64,000 nt of DNA from assembly GCF_009914755.1 (NCBI RefSeq), contig NC_060947.1, one strand, 5' to 3'. The notes below the pieces were generated by a model. That model did no database searches and was not told where the DNA came from. It worked only from the letters and a program-made list of their open reading frames with translations. The stretch is from the human T2T-CHM13v2.0 reference genome, Homo sapiens. This document shows, in pieces, positions 47,077 to 62,111 of the stretch (within the stretch, counting starts at the first letter, position 1; each line of letters begins with the position of its first letter). The position numbers were made by a program, and so were the translations under genes.

Positions 47077-47760
47077 AAATGCTAAGGAGTTTTTCAAGTT
47101 GAAATAAGAGGATGCAAACTAATACCATAAATATTTATAAAATTATAAAGCTCACTATAAAAGTAAGAATATGGTTAAATTCAGAGCACATTAATACTGT
47201 AATGGTGTATATTATAACTTTAATTGTCATATAAAAGTATACATCCCTTTTAATTGTCACAAAAATTAGATGAAAGTATTAAAATAATGATAGGTACAAT
47301 AATATGTTAATGAATACATTATATATAAAAGATGTGAATTGCAGCATTAACAATGCAAAAGGTAGAGGAAGGAAAAGTTAAAATGTAGAGTTTTTTGTAT
47401 GCAGTCTAAAGGAAGTTGTTATCAGCTTAATATAGGCTGATTTAACCATAAATTTTTTGTAAGCCTCATGGTAACCACAAAGAGAAAACCTGTAGTAGAC
47501 GCACCAAAAATAGAGAACAGAATCAAATCATAGCATACCACTACAGAAAAATCATCAATCACAAAGGAAGAGCACATGTGAAGAAGAATGAAACAAAGGA
47601 ACAACAAAAACATTGAGAAAACTATTAAGAAAATGACAATAGTTAAGTTCTTACCTATAAATAATTACTTTAAATATAAATGTATTAAATTCTCCAATAA
47701 AATGTCATGGAGAGATTGAATACATCAAAAAAAAAAAAAGATCCAATTATATTCTGCCTA
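47077..47760 (+). mobile_element. Old L1M fragment (ORF1 end, inter-ORF, ORF2 start)
   Basis: GTAAGCCTCATGGTAACCACAAAG and TTACTTTAAATATAAATGTATTAAATTCTCCAAT motifs, paralogous to 41150-41830. Confidence 0.75.
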
Positions 47761-47761
47761 C

Positions 47762-48755
47762 GGGATAAAGAAAACATGGTATATATACACAAGATAATAT
47801 TATTGAGCCTTAAAAAAAAGGGACTAGTGAATGACATTTGTTAAATCATGGGATAAATTTGTAGGATGTTAAGTGAAGTAAACCAGTCACAGAATAACAA
47901 ATACTGCATAATTTCACTTATATGTTAATTCTTAAAACGTCAAACTCATAACAGCAGAGAGTGCAATAGTGGTGGCTCAAAGTCCTCTTTAGCGATGGGA
48001 TGGGAGAATGGGTAGATGTTTGTCAAAGGGTAAAAGATTTCTGTTAGAATGAATAAGTTTCAGAGGTCTATTGTGGAGCATGGTGACTATTTGATAATAA
48101 TGTTTAGTGATACAATTTAAATGGTGTCACTGCTCAAATGTCATGTCAAATTGTAATCCCCAGTGTTGGTCATAGTGTCTTGTGGCAGGTGATTGCATCA
48201 TGGTGGTGGATCTTTCATGAATAGTTTAGCACCATCCTATAGGTGCTGTTCTCATGACATGAGACCCTGTTATTTAAAAGTGTTTAACACCTCCTCCCCA
48301 GCTTGGTCCTGCTCCTGTCATGTAAAGTGCCTGTTCCCTCTTTGCCTTCCACCATGAATAAAGCTCCCTGAGGCCTCCCCAGATGCTGGCCATGCTTCCT
48401 GTATAGCCCGCAGAACTGTGAGCCAATTAAATGGCTCACAGAGCCATTTAAAATTCTTAACATTTAAAAGAGCCAATTAAAACTCTTTTCTTTATAAATT
48501 ACTCAGTCTCAGTTATTTCTTTGCAGCAATGTGAGAATGGCCTAATACATATACCATACTAGCAAGTTGCTAGGAGAGTAGATCTTGAATATTCTCATCA
48601 CAAAATAAATAAGTATGTGACGTGATGGATATGTTAGTTGATTTAATCATTTCATAATGTGTATATATATATATATATCAAAATATAATATTGTACTCTG
48701 TAAACATATAAAATTTCTATTGGTCAAAAATACCTTAATACAGCTGTAAAAAATA
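47762..48755 (+). mobile_element. L1MA/L1MB 3' end interrupted by an MST LTR
   Basis: GGATAAAGAAAACATGGTATATATACAC…GAATAAGTTTCAGAGGTCTATTG | GCTAGGAGAGTAGATCTTGAATATTCTCATCAC. Confidence 0.8.
48108..48549 (+). mobile_element. MSTA-like solo LTR
   Basis: TGATAC…CTCAAATGTCATGTCAAATTGTAATCCCCAGTGTTGG…GCAATGTGAGAATGGCCTAATACA. Confidence 0.88.
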
Positions 48756-49062
48756 TATAAATCCACTGAAACAAATAAAAAATAAGCAAAGCAATAATTA
48801 ATTCCAGGCAAAATAAAATAAAGTGCACAAAAGAAAAAGTATCCAGACTATGTTATAAGTTGCCAGTAATATTCATAAAGTAAGGAGGTAAAATCTTAAT
48901 GATGATCTAAATAAAACCATAATAAAATTATATTCATAGGGGACTGTGAAATGTGCACATGTATATTGCAAAATGGGGATGAAAAATACAGCTAAATATT
49001 TATATTCCACAGTGACAATTCAATGGCTAATGCCCAAAATTATAAAATCAATAAATATCAAT

Positions 49063-49483
49063 TGATATAGTTTGAATATTTGTCCCTACCCAAATCTCAT
49101 GTTGAAATGTAATCACCTGTCTTAGAGGTGGGGTCTGGTTGGCGATATTTGGATCGTGGGGTGGATCCATCATGAATGGCTTGGGCCATTTCCATGGTAA
49201 TATGTGAGCTCTCACTCTGCATGCTAATGAGATCAGGTTGTTGAAAAGTATGTTACACCCTCACCTCAGAATCTCTCACTCTCTTGCTCTTGTCCTGGTC
49301 ACCTGATATGCCTGCTCTGTCTTTGCCTTCCACCATGATTGGAAGCTTTCTGAGGCCTCGCCAGAAGCAGATATTGCTATGCGTCCTATACAGCCTGCAG
49401 AACCATGAGCCTGTTAAATCTCTTTTTATAGATTAGTCAGTCTTAGGTATTTCTTCATACCATTGCAGGAATAGTTTAATATA
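49063..49483 (+). mobile_element. MST (MSTA/B) solo LTR
   Basis: TGATATAGTTTGAATATTTGTCCCTACCCAAATCTCATGTTGAAATG…; TSD TCAAT / GCAAT. Confidence 0.9.
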
Positions 49484-49869
49484 GCAATATTCAATCTTAT
49501 TTAAAGAAATGGAGGTTAACATTTAAAATATTTTCTAAAATAGTTGAAAATGTCTCTGGGAAGGTATAAGTGGGGAATGAGTGGGTGAGCTATTTTTTTT
49601 CTCACCAAATATTATAAAGCTATTTGATTTATTAAGCTATGTGCATATTTAATTTCTATAAGCTTAAAAAAGTAAAAAACACTGTAGCTGAAGAATATTT
49701 CTTACTCTAAAGTACTCTGTTGTCAGAAAATTTGTCCCTATGTTTAAGGGTAGCAGCACAATCTTCTCTTGGTTCTGCTATGCTTCTTACAGTGTCTTTA
49801 GTAATTAGGATACATTGTTAGCAAGCTTATATTTCACATTTTAATGTTAACTCTTGCAACGCCAACAAA

Positions 49870-49990
49870 GCAGTGAGGTTTAGTGGAAAACAGTCAGAAC
49901 TGGGAGAATGTGCTATAGTTCCTGCTGTGCTGACAAAGTCATAGTTGTGACTCACTTAAATTTCTGGGATTGAAATTCTTCATTTGCAAT
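49870..49990 (+). mobile_element. Diverged MIR-family fragment
   Basis: GCAGTGAGGTTTAGTGGAAAA…TCACTTAAATTTCTGGG…TTCTTCATTTGCAA resembles MIR3/MIRc. Confidence 0.4.
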
Positions 49991-50731
49991 TCTTTTTTAG
50001 TTTTAAAATTGAGGCAGTAAGTAAGTTAGGTAAATTTGAAGTCCACTCTATTTGTATGATTTTCTGGTATTATCATTAATAAGAGAATCAAATGTCACTT
50101 GGGTTTCGTAGGTCAATAAGCAATTACTATAAAGCAAATACAGAGTGTGATCTTCTGGAATGAGTGTCGAATGAGACTTTCATCCTGGAAACCTACTTTT
50201 ATTATAAGAAAATAACTGGTTCCGGGCAGTAAGCTGTATACCTGCACATTCACTGTTTTTTTCTCATTAATTTTTTTGCGTTTCCTTCACACAACCGTGA
50301 TCCCAAGAGCATACATTCAGGATATTGAATAAACAGCTAGGCCATTTATTCTAGTCACTTTCATTCATGATTATGCCTATTGAAATTGAGTGGTATTTAG
50401 GTGATAGTTAGCCAGCAAACTAGCGATACTAAATCTTAGCCTTGACATTGTTTCTTCTTGTGAGGTCTCTGAGAAAGATAAATACATAAAAAGGCAAAGA
50501 ATGAAAAACGAACACGATTGAATGTTAGGGTTTCGAGTCTAAAAGTAAATATTGAACTCTAGTAAGTTAGTATGAACTGCACTAGAAACTCATATTTTCT
50601 AAGTTATGTAGGTATAAATATAGATGAATTAAAGTAAAACCTAACCTTAGCTTCAGAACTCACACGTGTGATGTAATGAAATATTAAATAAGTCCTATCT
50701 TCTACTATAAGAGAGAAAGGATCAAGGGAGC

Positions 50732-51183
50732 TGCCATAGTTTGGATGTCTGTTTCTCCAAATCTCATGTTGAAATTTGGTCCCCAGTGTTGGAGGTAGGG
50801 TCAAATGGTAGGTGTTTGGGTCGTGGGGTGGATCCGTCATGAATGGCTAGGTGCTGTCCTCATGGTAATGAGTGAGTTCATGCTCTATTAGTTCCTGTGA
50901 GAGCTAGTTGTTTAAAAGAGCCTAGCACTTCCCCACTTTATCTGTCTTTTTGTCTCTCTGTCTCTCTCTCTCTGCTTCCTGTCTCACCATGAAATTTCTG
51001 CACACCTCAGCTCCCTTTCACTTTTCATCATGAGTAGAAGTAGTCTGAGGCCTTCATCAGAAACAGATGTTGGTGTCATGGTTCTCGTACACCCTGCAGA
51101 AATGTGAGCCAAATAAACTTATTTTTTAAATAAATTACGCAGCTTCAGGTTTTCCTTTATGGCAACACAAATGGACTATGGTA
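50732..51183 (+). mobile_element. MSTB-like solo LTR
   Basis: TGCCATAGTTTGGATGTCTG…GGATCCGTCATGAATGGC…GCAACACAAATGGACTA. Confidence 0.9.
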
Positions 51184-52278
51184 AGAACCAAAGAGAAAAA
51201 TAATAGTTTTCATTTCAATATTCAATGCCAAATTTTGGCAAGGAAGAATGGGTGGTGGTGTATTACTTAGACAAAAGAAAGATGTTCATGGATATTAAAG
51301 AAATGTTGTGTACCATTATTACATCTTGTAGAAGGTCTGATTTGGTCAAGCCCACACACATTAGAAACTTCAGTTCCATTGAGAACTTCACTCACTAGCC
51401 CTGTGTCTCAAGATTTCATAGGACATGCCTTGTTGCAAGTTTCTGTAGTTTTTTTTTTTCAATGAGGTAATCATTTTTTCTACCTTGGAAATGGAATAAA
51501 TGTAGTAATAAATAGATGAAGAAGTGTTCTTTTCCTATCCTTTCCAGTGGTGTCAGTTTCAACTTATGTTTATCTTTCAACTATATCCAGAAAAAGACCC
51601 AGTTATCAAAAGCCATGCATGAGCTACGTGAACATTTCCTATGCTCTGGTCACTTTTTCTGTCACGAATCTTAGGTTTTCTATTTTGCTGTGATCAACCT
51701 CTTTATCCATTTTTTTTCATGTTCAGGGTCTCATATTGACAGCCAATGCTGTAACATTTTAAATTAAATCTTGCAAATGAAGGTGAAAGAAAATGATAAG
51801 ATACTGACCCTACTATAGTCTTCCTCAAGAAACGAAAACAAATCTGACACATAAAAGAGCAAAATAAAAGGTTTTTATAGAATAAATTGATATATTTATT
51901 TTAAATTGTGTCGTATTATTCTGGACTATTTGTTTTGACACTCTCAATACTAATTTCTCTCCATAGATTCATAGCACTAGAACTACAGAAATAAATAACG
52001 TTTTAATAAATGTGAATTAAAATGTTACCTCCTAATACATACAGAGTATGTGCGACTCAAATCTGTTGGGAAAATAATTAACCATATATGTCAGGAAAAG
52101 AGAATAACAAAATGCCGATCTTAAAAACAGTGAAAACATACTGAGTGTTAAGCTTAAAATTAATATTCTTTTCACATTTTTCAGGCATTCCAATGAACTT
52201 CTCTAGGTGTTAGGAACCTGTCAGCTTGGGCAGAATCTCTCCCCACAACAATTAACACTGTCAGGCAAAATTATAAAT

Positions 52279-52470
52279 CAGTGAATCTTGAACCTAGCTG
52301 CTAATCAGAATCACCTTAAGGACATTTTAAAAACACAAATTTCTGAAGCTGCCCTAAGGACAGATAATTAGAATCTGTATTAAAAAAAAATAAGCAAACC
52401 ATAAAACAAAACCAATCTGCACATTATCCTTAAAAAGTCACCTGTTAATTGAACCATGTTGGGAACCTAT
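52279..52470. mobile_element. MER5-like hAT DNA transposon remnant
   Basis: CAGTGAATCTTGAACCTAGCTG…TCAGAATCACCT…TTTAAAAACACAAATTTCTG resembles MER5A. Confidence 0.45.
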
Positions 52471-52964
52471 TAACACAGAACAATATTGATATTCTAATCT
52501 TTCTATTTCTGAAATTATTAGAAAAATTACATGTTTTAGCATAGATAAGGGATACTTTATAGCTTACATTTAAACATATGTGTTTATCTGAAGTCATCAA
52601 ATATTTCTTGAGAAGCATTTATTCAAGATACAGTATTAGGCAATTTATGGAATAAAAACATGCCCTGTCTTCAAAGAGTTTATAAATACTAGAGAAAAAT
52701 GTGTATTAGTGAATATTAGAAAATAGTAATGATCAATTTGACAAAATTCAGTGGGCCAAATGATTCAGAAATATTTTTATTTTTTCACATAGGTAATAAT
52801 CATCTTGTCCATTTTATATCCAAGGTTCAGCTGAAGTCCTACTTTCTTGAAAAAAAATTCCTGGATTACTCTTATTCTGGAAATATTATGTAACATATTT
52901 ATTTAATCTTTACATGTTAGTCAATGATGTAATCATTTTTAGTACACTTTATTCTTATATCACT

Positions 52965-55590
<2,626 letters not shown>

Positions 55591-57430
55591 AGATAGACTT
55601 TTTAAGACTTCATATTTTACAGTTCCTAGCAAAATTAAGAAAAAGGTACAGAGGTTTTCTATATATCCCCTATTTCCACACAAATCTAGCCTCTGCCATT
55701 ATAAACATCTCCAACCAAAGTGGTACATTTGTTACACTCAGTGAATCTACATCGACATATCATTATCACCCAAAGTCCACAGTTTATATTAGAGCTCACT
55801 CTTGGTGTGTACATTCTGCGGGTTTGGAGAAATGTATATTGATGTATATCCACCATTATGGCATTATACATTGTATTTTCACTCCTAAAATTCTCTGTGC
55901 TCCACCTATTTATTCCTCCCTCCCCCAAACCTTGGCAATGACTGAACTGTCTCTATAGATATGCCTTTTCCAGAAAGCCATATAGTTGGAATCATACAGT
56001 ATCTAGCATTTTCTGACTGGCCTCTTTCATTTAGTAATATCCGTTTAAGGTCCCTCCATGTAATTTTATGGTTTGACATCTCATTTATTTTTGTGTGTGT
56101 GTGCTGAACAATAATCCCTTGTCTGAATGGTTCACAGTTTATTTATATGTTCCCACACTAAAGGACATCTTCGTTGCTTCCAAGTTTTTGGAAATTACAA
56201 ATAAAGCTGTTATAAACATCCGTGTGCAGTTTTGTGTGGAAATACTTTTCAATTCCTTTGTGTAAATACCAAGAAGTGTGATTGACGGATCCTATAGTAA
56301 GCTTTTTTAAAAAGCACCAAACTGTCTTCCAAAGTGGCTGCTCCATTTTTCATCTCTACAGCAATGAATATGATTTCCTGATGCTACACATTCTTGTCAG
56401 CATTTGGTGGTGTTAATTTTTGGTATTAGCCATCTTAATAGGTGTGTCGTATTTAGGTGTTTCAATTTTCATCTCCCTGATGACACATGATGTGGAACAT
56501 GTAAAAATATGCTTGATTGTCACTGGTATATTTCTTTTTTGAGGTAACTGTTAAGTTTCTGTGTCATGTTTTAGTTGTTTTCTTATTGTTGATTTTAAGA
56601 GTTCTTTATACATTTTGGATTACTGTCCTTTTTCATATGGGTCTTTTGCAAATATTTTCTCTCAGTATGTTGCTCATCTTCTCTTTCTATTGACATTGCC
56701 TTTAACAGAGAAGAAGTTTTTAATTTTAATGAAGCCCAGCTTACAGGTAATTTCTTTCACGGATCATGCCTTTGATGCTGGATCTTAAAAGTCATTGCCA
56801 TACCCAAATCATCTAGGTTTTCTTCAACATTATTTTCTAGGAGTTTTGTAGTTGTGTGTTTTGCATTTGAATCTATAATCCATTCTGAGCTTATTTTTGT
56901 GAAGAGTGTAATATCTGAGTCTAAGTTCATTTCTTTAATGTAGAAGTCCAGTTGTTCCAGTACTATTTGTTTAAGGCTCTATTTACTCCATTGTATTATT
57001 TTGCTTCCTTTTCAAAGATAGTTGGCTAAACTCATGTGGGTCAATTTCTGGACCCTCTATTTTGTTACATTTATTTGTCTATTCTTTCACAAATACAATA
57101 CTTTTTATATTACTATAGTTTTACAGTAAATTTTGAAGTCAGATAGTGTGAGTCTTTCTACTTTGTTTTTATCTTCAATATTCTGTTTGCTATTTTGGGT
57201 CTTTTTCCTCTCCATGTAAAACTTTAGAATCACTTTCTTGATACCCACAAAGTAACATGCTGCACTTTTGATAGAGATTGAATTGGATCTGTAGATACAA
57301 TTTGGAAGAACTTAGTTCTTGTCTCTATTGACTCTTCCTATTCATTAATATGGACTATATTTTCATTTACTTTGTTATTTAATTTATTTCATTAATGTTT
57401 TGTCATTGTCCTCATATAGATCTTGTATAT

Positions 57431-57794
57431 TGATATGGTTTGGCTGCATTCCCACCCAAATCTCATCCTAAATTGTAACTCCCATAGTCCCTGTGTGTCA
57501 TGGGAGGGACCCAGTGGGAGGCAATTGAATCATGAGGGCGGATTTTACCTGTGCTGTTCTCATAATAGTGAATAAGTCTCACATGATCTGATGGTTTCAT
57601 AAAGGGCAGTTCCCCTGCACATGCTCTCTTGCCTGCCACCATGTAAGACGTGCCTTTGCTCCTCCTTCACCTTCTGCCATAATTGTGAGGCCTCCCCAGC
57701 CATGTAGAACTGTGATTCCGTTGAACCTCTTTTTCTTTATAAATTACTCAGTCTCAGGTATTTCTTCATAGCAGTATGAAAATGAACTAATATC
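57431..57794 (+). mobile_element. THE1 solo LTR
   Basis: TGATATGGTTTGGCTGC…GTATGAAAATGAACTAAT; TSD TATAT / TACAT. Confidence 0.93.
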
Positions 57795-57941
57795 TACATG
57801 TTTTGTTAGATTTATAGCTAAGTATTTTTGGAGGCTGCTAATGTAAATGGTATTTTGGTTTCAGATTCAAATTTTACTTGTTCATTGCTGAGATAGGAAA
57901 GCAATAAATGTCCAGCAATCTTGCTATAATTGCTTATTAAT

Positions 57942-58460
<519 letters not shown>

Positions 58461-58477
58461 ATTAGCTATTACTCTGC

Positions 58478-58853
58478 TGATATGGTTTGGCTGTGTCCTC
58501 ACCCAAATCTCAATTTGAATTGTAATTCCCATAATCTCCACATATCATGGGAGGGACCAGGTGGAGATAATTGAATCGTAAGGGCAGTTCCCCCATGCTG
58601 CTGTTCTCACGATAGTGAGTGATTTCTCATGAGATCTGGTGGTTTTATAAGGAGCTTTTCCCATTTTGCTGGGCACTTCTCCCAGCTGCCACCATATGAA
58701 GAAGGATATGTTTGCTTCCCCTTCCTCCATGATTGTAAGTTTTCTGAGGCCTCCCCAGCCATGCTGAACTGTGAGTCAATTAAACCTTTTTCCTTTATGA
58801 ATTAACCAGTCTTGGGTATGTCTTTATTAGCAGTGTGAGAATGGACTAATACA
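58478..58853 (+). mobile_element. THE1D-like solo LTR
   Basis: TGATATGG…GAAGAAGGATATGTTTGCTTCCCC…GGACTAATACA; perfect TSD TCTGC (58473-58477, 58854-58858). Confidence 0.95.
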
Positions 58854-58997
58854 TCTGCCAAAATTCATACAAGAAGAAATAGACAAACTGAATGAACCTG
58901 TATTTATTTAAAAAATGGAATCAATAATAACCTCCCAAAACAAAGATCCAGTCTCAGATGAATTCACTGAAAAACCTAGCAAATATTTAAGAAAATT

Positions 58998-59322
58998 GGC
59001 TAGTTCTGGTGGTTCACACCTGTAGTTAATTCCAGGGCTTTAGGGTGATGAGGAGAGAGGATCATATGAAGCCAGGATTTAAGGCAAGCCTTGGCAACAT
59101 AGTGAGATTCATATATCTATAAAAATATTAAAAGCAATTAGCCATGTATGGTAGCATACACTTGTAGTGCCAACTACTCAGGAGGCTGAAGTGAGAAGAT
59201 CACTTGAGTGCAAAGTTCAAAGCTGCAGTGACCTGTAATTATACCACTGCACTTCAGCCAGGGCAAAAGAGCAAGGCTCTGTCTCTAATTATTTCATTAA
59301 TTGAAAAATAAAATAAAGAAAA
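58998..59322 (+). mobile_element. Diverged AluJ
   Basis: GAGGATCATATGAAGCCAGGA, CAACATAGTGAGA and AAAGCTGCAGTGACCTGTAATT are J-type features; TSD AAGAAAATT / AAGAAAAAATT. Confidence 0.88.
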
Positions 59323-60018
59323 AATTAGCCCAATTCTCTACAATTTCTTTCAGGAGTTGAAAGCAAAGGCAGTATGTCTAACTCATTTTATGAAGCCAAC
59401 ATTGCCCTAATACCAAAACTAGACAAAAACATTACATGAAGAGAAAACTACAGGCCAATATCTTTTGTGAACATAGATGCAAAAATCCTCAACAAAATAT
59501 TAACAAATAAAATCCAAGAATGCATAAAAATTATACCTCATGATCAAGTAGGGTTTATACCAGGTAAGAAAAGCTGGCTCAACATTTGAAAATCAATTAA
59601 TGTAATCCATCATATCAACAGGTTAAAAAAAATCACACGATTATATCTATAAATTCTGGAAAAGCATTTGATGAAATTCAAAATTCATTCATGATAAAAC
59701 TCTGAGCAAACTAGGAATAAAGAAAAAATTCCTTAAGTTGATTAAACACATCTAGAAAAACATATAGCTAAAATCATACTTATGATCAAAAACTAGATGT
59801 TTTCTTGCTAATATCAGGAACACCAAAAGATGTCCTCTACCACTGCTCTTTTTCCACCCTGTACTGAAAATACTAGCTAATGCAATAAGAAAGGGAAGTG
59901 AAAGGCAAACAGGTTGGGAAGATAGAAAGAAAAATCTTTGTTCAAAGGTGACATAATTTCCTGTGCAGAAAAAAACCACTCTTGTAACCACTCTTGTAAT
60001 TCTGTAGCCTGAGAACCA

Positions 60019-60097
60019 GTGGGTACATACTGCCCTTGGATTGGAAGTTACACCATTGGCACTCACTGCTTCTCAGGCTACAGACTTAAGACTTGAA
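60019..60097 (+). mobile_element. MLT2B-like LTR, middle part
   Basis: CTGCCCTTGGATTGGAAGTTACACCATTGGC…TTCTCAGGCTACAGACT matches the MLT2B internal motif as I recall it. Confidence 0.7.
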
Positions 60098-62111
60098 ATT
60101 AGTCCATTTCATTTGTTATCAAATTTGTGGTAATAACATTGTTCACACTATTTATTATTGTTTTAATAGCCATATGACCGTATTGATATCCCCGCTTTTA
60201 TTTTTTATTGTATCTTCTCTTGATTTTTTTTTTTTTTTTGTAAGCCTGGCTAGAAGCTTATCAATATTATCTAGGTTTTCAAAGAACCAGCCTTTGGTTT
60301 CATTGATTTTTCTCTCTCAATTTCCTTATTTTAAATTTTATTGATTAATTCCATATTTTTATTACTTTTTTCTTCTGCTTACTTTGAATTTAACGTGCCC
60401 TGTTCTACTTTCTTAAAGTAAAAGATTTCAGATGCTTCTTATTTTCTAATATATGCCTTCAATGTTATAAATTTATCTCTAATCACTGATTTTTTTCTGC
60501 TTTCCTCAAATTTTGATAACTTGTGTTTTTATTTCCATTTATTTCAAAATATTTTAATATCTCTTGAGATTTTTTTCTTTGACCCATATGTTACTTAGAA
60601 GTGTGCTGTTTAACAAGTATTTTGAGATTTTTAAGCTTTCTTTCAATTATTGATTTCTAGTTTAATTACATTTTGGTCTGAGAGCATACTTTGTGTAATT
60701 TTATTATTATAAGTTGAGGTGCATTTTATGGTTCAGCATATGGTCGATCTTGGTGAATGTTTTATGTAAGCTTAAGAAGAATGTGTATTCTATTGTTATT
60801 GGATGAAGTAGTCTATAGATGTCAATTATATCCAGTTCATTGATGATCTTGAGTTCACTAATGTCTTTAATGATTTCCTGATGGCAGGATTAGTTCATTT
60901 ATGATGGAGGGGTGTTGAAGTCCCCATAAAGGATTTATCTATTGTTTCTTACAGTTCTATCAGTTTCTGCCTTACATATTTTGTTGTTGCCTCACATGAG
61001 TATTTTGCCTCCCATACTCTGTTGTTACGTACATACAAAATAAAAGTTATTATTGCTTATTAGAAAATTTAGGTTTATATCTATAAGTAATGCCACCTTT
61101 ATCCCCATTAATTTTATTTGCTGTAAAGTTTGCTCTAACATTATCTATCCAGCTTGCTTTTGATTAGGGTTAGCATGGTATATCTTTCTTCATCTCTTCA
61201 GTTTTAATCTATATGTGTCTTTATATTTAATGTGAGTTTTTATAGACAACAAGTAGTTGAGTCTTGTTTTTTGATCCACTTTGAAAATTTTTGTTTTAAT
61301 TGTTATATTTAGGGTATTAGAATTGAAAGTAATTATTGATATAGTTGGATTAATATATATCATATAGGTCAATGTTTTCTGTGTTGCCCTTGTCATTTAT
61401 GATGATGTTTGTTTTCTCTTTTTCTCTCTTTTTTGGTTTTAATTGAACTTTTTATACGTTTCCATATGCCCTCCTCTTTTAGAATATCAATTATTCGTGT
61501 TTTTTTCCTCCTTTTAGTGGTTGCTCCAGAGTTTGCAGTATATATTTGCTGCTAATAAAAGTCTGCTTTTAAATGACACTATACCACTTCACCACGAGTG
61601 CAAGAGGCTTATAAATAACAAAATATTTCTATTTATCTTTCCCTCCTCATTGTATTATTTCTCTCACTCATTTCACTTGTAGATAAACTGTAATTATCAA
61701 ATATGTTACTGCTATCATTATTTTGACCTGTTTTCTGTTAAATCAATTAAGAATAAGAAAAATAAGAATTGGTATTTTAAGTTCACTTATTTCGTCTCTA
61801 ATGTCCTTACTTTCTTTATGTAGATCTAGAGTTTCTTACCTGCATTATTTTTATTCTCTTTGAGGAACTTCTTTTAACATTTCTTGTAAGTGAGACCTAC
61901 TGCCAAAAAACTGAGGAAGTCTTTATTGTTGCTTCACATTTAAAGGGTAATTTCACAGGATATGACATTCTAGGTTGGGGATTGTTTTCCCCTCAACACT
62001 AATTATTTTACTAATTCCACTCTGATTTGTATAGTTTCTTAGGAAATGTTAGATGTAATTTTTATCATATTCCCTCATACTCTGTAAGTAAGTTCCCCAC
62101 CATCCAGCTTC

